Assembly (NCBI GenBank): GCA_964291625.2
Contig: OZ220089.1
Span: 2,496,001-2,560,000 of the forward strand
DNA from: Candidatus Latescibacterota bacterium
Lineage (GTDB): Bacteria; Latescibacterota; UBA2968; UBA8231
DNA length: 64,000 nucleotides
Direction of reading: 5' to 3'
The notes beneath the pieces were generated by a model that saw nothing but the letters and a program-made list of their open reading frames with translations, had not been told where the DNA came from and did not search any database. Positions 59,653-64,000 of this stretch are shown here, one piece after another. The position numbers and the translations under genes are program-made. Position 1 is the first letter of the stretch. Each line of letters opens with the position of its first letter.

Positions 59653-60344
59653 GGCGGGTCTTCCAGATGGCGGTCGCACAAGGCCTGCAGGGCCTTGCCG
59701 TCGCCGGACCACCCGGCGTCCAGGGCCACGCGGCCCTGACGGAGCACGACCACGCGGTTGGTGGTGGCCGCCACCTGATCCACCTTGTGGGTCACGACCA
59801 CGGTGGAGTATTCGGCAGAGGCGGCGCGCTCGCTCAGACTCGCCGCAACCGCTGTGGAGGCGGCTCCGTCGAGACCGGTGAAGGGCTCGTCCAGAAGAAG
59901 CACCTCGGGACCGTGAAGGGTGGCGCGCGCCAGGGCGGCCCGCTGCTGCAGGCCTCGCGACAGGACGCCGGCTCGGGTGTCGGCCCGCCCGGCCAGGCCC
60001 ACTCCATCGAGGGCGGCATCGGCGGCGCCGGGTGGCGCTCCGTAGAGGCGGGCGAAGAAACGCAGGTTCTCCCTCACCGTCAGATCGTCGTAGAGCTGCG
60101 TCTGGTGGGAGAGCAGCCCCAGCCGCTGCCGCAACCGGGACCGCCGCGGGTCCTCCCCGTCGATCCGCACCAAGCCGGCCGACGGGCCCGTCAAGCCGGC
60201 CAGCAAGCGCAGCAAGGTGGTCTTGCCGGCGCCGTTGGCCCCGGCCAGCAGCAGGTGGGTGCCGGGGTCGACGGCCAGATCGACGCCGTCGAGGGCGACC
60301 GTGTTGCCGTAGTGCTTGCGCAGCTCTTCCACGCGAAGCAGCAC
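59649..60344 (-). CDS. ccmA: Haem ABC exporter ATP-binding protein CcmA
   Basis: GANGAGKTT, LY.DLT.RENL.FFA.LYG, LSRGLQQR, LLLDEPFTGLD. Confidence 0.9.
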   Translation of the reverse strand: MLLRVEELRKHYGNTVALDGVDLAVDPGTHLLLAGANGAGKTTLLRLLAGLTGPSAGLVRIDGEDPRRSRLRQRLGLLSHQTQLYDDLTVRENLRFFARLYGAPPGAADAALDGVGLAGRADTRAGVLSRGLQQRAALARATLHGPEVLLLDEPFTGLDGAASTAVAASLSERAASAEYSTVVVTHKVDQVAATTNRVVVLRQGRVALDAGWSGDGKALQALCDRHLEDPP

Positions 60345-60352
60345 GGTGAGTC

Positions 60353-61495
60353 TCAGGCGTCCTCGGCGTCCAGGCCGAGACGCCGGTAGACCTCGACGGC
60401 CTCGACCATGACCAGATGCCGCGGGCGGGCCTGTGAGTCCGGCCCTTGCGAGAGATCTCGAACGGCGTCGAGTTGTGACAGTTCGGCCAGCAGCTCCCGC
60501 CGCCGCTGTTCCAGCCTTTCGCGATCCTCCGCGGTCGGGGCGGGCGACTCCGTGGGTCCGGCCGTCGTCCGGGCCAGGGCGGCGACGGTGATCAGAACCA
60601 CCGGCACGAGCGCCAGAATGGCCCACTTCAGGGCCCAGCGCAGCGGCCTCGGGATCGGCAGCGGCACAGTCACGGTGCGGCCGGGGGCCAGGCCCTCGAG
60701 GCGGAAGTGGCGGTAGTCCCGATCCTGGATGGTGACTCGGCCCAGGTCTTGGAAGGGCGCGCCGAGGGAGATCTCCGGAGGCTGCAGAAACAGCTCCAGG
60801 CGATCCGTCGGGTAGATGACGGTGTGCTCGTAGCCGCCGCTCTCCAAGGCCGCCGCGGGCAGCTGGAAGGTGAAGGCGGCCTGGGTCGAGCCCGGGGGCA
60901 GAGGCCGCGAGTCGAAGGCCCGGGTCGGCCCGGCGCGCACGATGGCGCCGGCGTGCGCCTCCAGACCGAGATGGCCCGCGGGCAGTGCCAACTCGAGAAC
61001 CCGGCGCTCCTCCCCTGCCAGGCGGCCCACAAAGGTGGCCGATCCGTGGTTCTCCGCGTGCACCAACTGCAGGACCTCGAGGCCCCGCTCCCTCACCGAG
61101 AGGAACAGGTGATGGGCGGCGACGTGGATGCCGGAGGGGTCGTCGGTGCCATCGTAGACCTCGAGAATCACCCGGTCCTGGTTGCCCACCACCAGGTCCC
61201 GGGTGCCGTACTCCAGGTCGCGGTAGTAGGCGGTGAGGGCGAAGGGGGTGCCCGCCGACAGAAAGGGGGCGGCGAAGGAGAAGCCGCCGGTCTCGTCGGT
61301 GGTGCGCCGGGCGATCTCGGTGACTCCCCCGCCTTGGTCCGGGACCAGGAAGGCGACTTCGACTCCGGGCACGCGCTCGTCTCGAAGCACGTCCAGGACG
61401 TATCCCCTCACTGTTGCCGCGGAGGCCGGTGACGACATGCCCGCCGCCAGGGCGGACAGGACCGCGACCACCCAGGGACGGAGGAGCCGTGTCAT
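60353..61495 (-). CDS. Uncharacterised Ccm-operon membrane-anchored protein (signal peptide, carboxypeptidase-regulatory/CnaB-like beta domain, C-terminal TM + coiled coil)
   Basis: Signal peptide ..PASAA; TTDETGGFSF beta-sandwich motif; C-terminal TM followed by RRRELLAEL..LD; overlaps upstream stop. Confidence 0.65.
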   Translation of the reverse strand: MTRLLRPWVVAVLSALAAGMSSPASAATVRGYVLDVLRDERVPGVEVAFLVPDQGGGVTEIARRTTDETGGFSFAAPFLSAGTPFALTAYYRDLEYGTRDLVVGNQDRVILEVYDGTDDPSGIHVAAHHLFLSVRERGLEVLQLVHAENHGSATFVGRLAGEERRVLELALPAGHLGLEAHAGAIVRAGPTRAFDSRPLPPGSTQAAFTFQLPAAALESGGYEHTVIYPTDRLELFLQPPEISLGAPFQDLGRVTIQDRDYRHFRLEGLAPGRTVTVPLPIPRPLRWALKWAILALVPVVLITVAALARTTAGPTESPAPTAEDRERLEQRRRELLAELSQLDAVRDLSQGPDSQARPRHLVMVEAVEVYRRLGLDAEDA

Positions 61496-61965
61496 GGGGC
61501 CGGGGAGGGATCGCCCAGCCGAAAGCCGCAGTCCGGGCAGAATCGGTGCCCTGGTTCCCGAGCCCGGCCGCAGTCGGGACAGGACCCGGAATCCGCGCAC
61601 GGCCGGGCTGCCTCCCTGTCGGAGGCCAGGACTCTGACGTCCTCCTCGATGCGCAGGTGCAGGCCCCGGTCCGGATCCTGAGCATCGAGCCGGTGGAGCC
61701 TGGACAGGACCTCGACGGCCTGGGACTCCAGCTCCGCCCGGAGGGAGTCGTGGTCGTCCTGCGAGATCTTGCCCACCCGGTGGTCGAACTCGAGCTCCTT
61801 GATCGAGGCGTAGAGCTGCTCCTTGCGCTCGGTGAGCTCCAGGCGCCGGCGGGCGCTGCCCGTCTGGCGGCGCCAGGTCAGGGGAGCGGCCAGTACCGGG
61901 TGGACCACGGCGGCGACAAAGACGACCAGCAGGGCCAGGCAGACAAAGGGGATGACGAGGTTCAC
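61492..61965 (-). CDS. CcmI-like N-terminal domain + zinc-ribbon protein
   Basis: N-terminal TM; KE.LY.SIKELEFD...GKIS..D...LR; C-terminal CPDCG.......FCPDCG. Confidence 0.75.
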   Translation of the reverse strand: MNLVIPFVCLALLVVFVAAVVHPVLAAPLTWRRQTGSARRRLELTERKEQLYASIKELEFDHRVGKISQDDHDSLRAELESQAVEVLSRLHRLDAQDPDRGLHLRIEEDVRVLASDREAARPCADSGSCPDCGRAREPGHRFCPDCGFRLGDPSPAP

Positions 61966-61971
61966 CGCGGG

Positions 61972-64000
61972 TCAGCCCTCGAAGCCGTCCAGCTCCCGCC
62001 GCAGCTGCTCGTCCAAGGGCGATGGCCGGCTGGGCTGGGCCGCTTCCGGGGGGCTGCCCCGCCGCCAGCGGGAGAGGATCCGGCGAACGCCGAGGGCGCC
62101 GCCGGCGAGCACCAGGAAGGGAATGACCCACACGAAGCCGTAGCCCTCGGGCGGATTGGCCAGGCCCATGGGACCGAAGCGGTCTACGTAGGCGGCAACG
62201 ATCTCCTCGCGGCCCTGACCCTCCTCCAGCCGGAGGGTGATGCTCTCCCGCTCGGCGATGGCGAACTGGCACAGGCAGGTGGCCAGGGACTCGCGGTTGC
62301 AGGTGCCGCACAAGCAGACGAGATCCGCGGCAATGGCCTTGACCTGCGGCGGCGGCGGAGCCGCTCGGGCCGGGGCGCAGAGGGCGGCCAGGCACAGGAG
62401 GATGACCGCCGGCGCCCCCCCTCCGCGACGAGGATCGTCTCCCGGTTGGGTGCGCGAGGTGTCGCGGTCGAGGCGGGCCATGCGCCGGTCGCGTGCTGAC
62501 GGCCACATCGTCCACAGAGCGCTGACCACGAGCAGAGCCGCCCCCAACCAGACGCAGGCCACGAGGGGGTTGACGTAGATCTGGAACTTGGCAGAGCCCA
62601 AGTCCGAGGAAGGACCCACCAGAATGAGGTAGAAGTCCTCGAGCCAACTCGAGTAGATGGCGACCTCGGTGGTGTTCTGCTCGGCGGTCTTGTAGAAGTG
62701 GCGCTCCGGCACGAGGGTGGCCAGGAAGCGCCCGTCGCGCTCGAGGCCGACGGCTGCTGCCTGCACCGAGCGGTTGGGGTCGTCGCCGAAGGCCAGGGTC
62801 TCCAGCGTGGCCGTGTACTCGCCGATCCGGGCCGATTCGCCGGGCTCGAGGACGACCTCCCGCTCGCTGGTGAAGGCCTTGCCGGTGAAGCCGACGAAGA
62901 GCAGCACGATGGAGACGTGGACGAGGTAGCCCCCGTAGCGCCGTCGGCTCTTGGCCAGCAGGCGGGCCCCGGCGGTCAGGAGGGTCTCCCGGGAGGTCCG
63001 CTGCCGGGCGGCGATGCCCCGGGCGAACTCGAAGGCCACGGAGCCGGCGACGAAACCGCACAAGGTCAGGGACACGAGGGGGTAGAGGCCGTGTACACCG
63101 AGGGCCGCCGCCAGGCCGAGAGCGAAGAGTCCGCAGACGCCGGGAATCCCGAAATTGCGGCGGAGGCTCTCCATCGACGTCCGCCGCCAGGCGAAGAGGG
63201 GGCCGGCGCCCGTGAGGAAGAGCAGCACCAGGCCCATGGGTACGCTCACCCGGTCGAAGAAGGGCGCCCCCACGGTGATCTTGTCGCCGGTGAACGCCTC
63301 GGAGATCACCGGAAAGAGGGTTCCCCAGAGGACGGCGAAGAGCAGGGCGAGCAGGATCCAGTTGTTGAGCAGGAAGGCGCTCTCGCGGGAGGCGAAGGAC
63401 TCGAGCCGGTGCTCCGCCTTGAGGTGGTCGAGGCGGGCCACCAGCAGAGCGGCGGAACCGGCGATGATCAGCGCCAGGAAGGCGACGAAGTAGGGACCGA
63501 CGTTCGACTGGGCGAAGGCGTGGACGGAGGAGACGATGCCGGAGCGGGTGAGGAAGGTGCCGAAGATCGTCATGCCGAAGGTGAAGAACAGGAGCACCAT
63601 GTTCCAGACCTTCAGCATGCCCTTGCGCTCCTGGATCATCACCGAGTGCAGCAGCGCAGTGGCGGCCAGCCAGGGCATCAGCGAGGCGTTCTCCACGGGG
63701 TCCCAGCCCCAGTAGCCCCCCCAGCCCAGCTCGACGTAGGCCCACTTGCCACCGAGCAGGAGCCCGGCGCCCAGGAACATCCACGGGATCAGCAACCACC
63801 GGCGCATCGCGTACAGCCAGGAGTTGTCGAGGCGCCTCGAGGCCAGGGCGGCGATGCCGAAGGCGAAGGGGACGGTCATGCCCACCATGCCCGCGTACAA
63901 CATCGGGGGATGGATGGCCATGTAGGGGTGCTGGAGGATGGGGTTCAGGCCACTGCCGTCGAGAGGCGTGAAGGGCAGCCGCCGGAAGGGGTCGGCGGCG
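61972..64000 (-). CDS. ccmF: Cytochrome c haem lyase CcmF fused to CcmH domain (5' end outside window)
   Basis: GLNPILQHPYMAIHPP.LY.G, WAY.ELGWGGYWGWDPVEN, GTFLTRSG..SSVHAF, GGYLVH, NPLV..VW.G; C-terminal CLCGTC..YVDRFG..L..PP CcmH-like domain. Confidence 0.93.
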   Translation of the reverse strand, partial: AADPFRRLPFTPLDGSGLNPILQHPYMAIHPPMLYAGMVGMTVPFAFGIAALASRRLDNSWLYAMRRWLLIPWMFLGAGLLLGGKWAYVELGWGGYWGWDPVENASLMPWLAATALLHSVMIQERKGMLKVWNMVLLFFTFGMTIFGTFLTRSGIVSSVHAFAQSNVGPYFVAFLALIIAGSAALLVARLDHLKAEHRLESFASRESAFLLNNWILLALLFAVLWGTLFPVISEAFTGDKITVGAPFFDRVSVPMGLVLLFLTGAGPLFAWRRTSMESLRRNFGIPGVCGLFALGLAAALGVHGLYPLVSLTLCGFVAGSVAFEFARGIAARQRTSRETLLTAGARLLAKSRRRYGGYLVHVSIVLLFVGFTGKAFTSEREVVLEPGESARIGEYTATLETLAFGDDPNRSVQAAAVGLERDGRFLATLVPERHFYKTAEQNTTEVAIYSSWLEDFYLILVGPSSDLGSAKFQIYVNPLVACVWLGAALLVVSALWTMWPSARDRRMARLDRDTSRTQPGDDPRRGGGAPAVILLCLAALCAPARAAPPPPQVKAIAADLVCLCGTCNRESLATCLCQFAIAERESITLRLEEGQGREEIVAAYVDRFGPMGLANPPEGYGFVWVIPFLVLAGGALGVRRILSRWRRGSPPEAAQPSRPSPLDEQLRRELDGFEG

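Noticed and set aside
60353-63799. 1148-aa and 678-aa ORF-track entries implying large Ccm fusions
   Set aside because: Their N-terminal parts are alternate frames over ccmF and neighbouring genes; real starts are 61495 and 60344

Overview
High-GC bacterial chromosome segment spanning the replication origin. Core block: gyrA-gyrB-dciA-recF-dnaN-[oriC]-dnaA on the minus strand, then rpmH-rnpA-yidD-yidC-mnmE-(2x parS)-rsmG on the plus strand. Left of the origin: a tRNA cluster (Ser-TGA, Ser-GCT, Gln-CTG), a sugar ABC transporter, fumC, a sulfatase, aspartate kinase, AddAB-type helicase-nuclease, purM, a PolB-like 3'-5' exonuclease, a divergent Fic protein, a short Bacteroidetes-type sigma70 factor, redox genes (msrA, GST-omega), two ABC-2 permeases and catabolic enzymes. 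Right of the origin: CDP-alcohol transferase, tmk, a CtpA/S41 protease, RNase E/G, rplU-rpmA, E. coli-type frdABCD, sucCD, a dihaem cytochrome c, two glycosyltransferases, two tandem DUF151-UVR proteins and a System I (Ccm) cytochrome c maturation operon with a CcmF-CcmH fusion. The gene content suggests an FCB-group organism such as Latescibacterota; this is an inference and was not tested. I saw no CRISPR array, transposase or prophage. Most notable oddities: (1) a 42-aa insert in the CtpA protease aligns ungapped to the GyrA C-gate helical segment encoded in the same window; (2) structured, switch-like 5' leaders precede the Fic and sigma genes; (3) the gyrase has a remodelled quinolone pocket in both subunits; (4) RnpA is N-terminally truncated and in frame with rpmH; (5) a second DnaA-box cluster lies next to parS sites with no parAB in the window.
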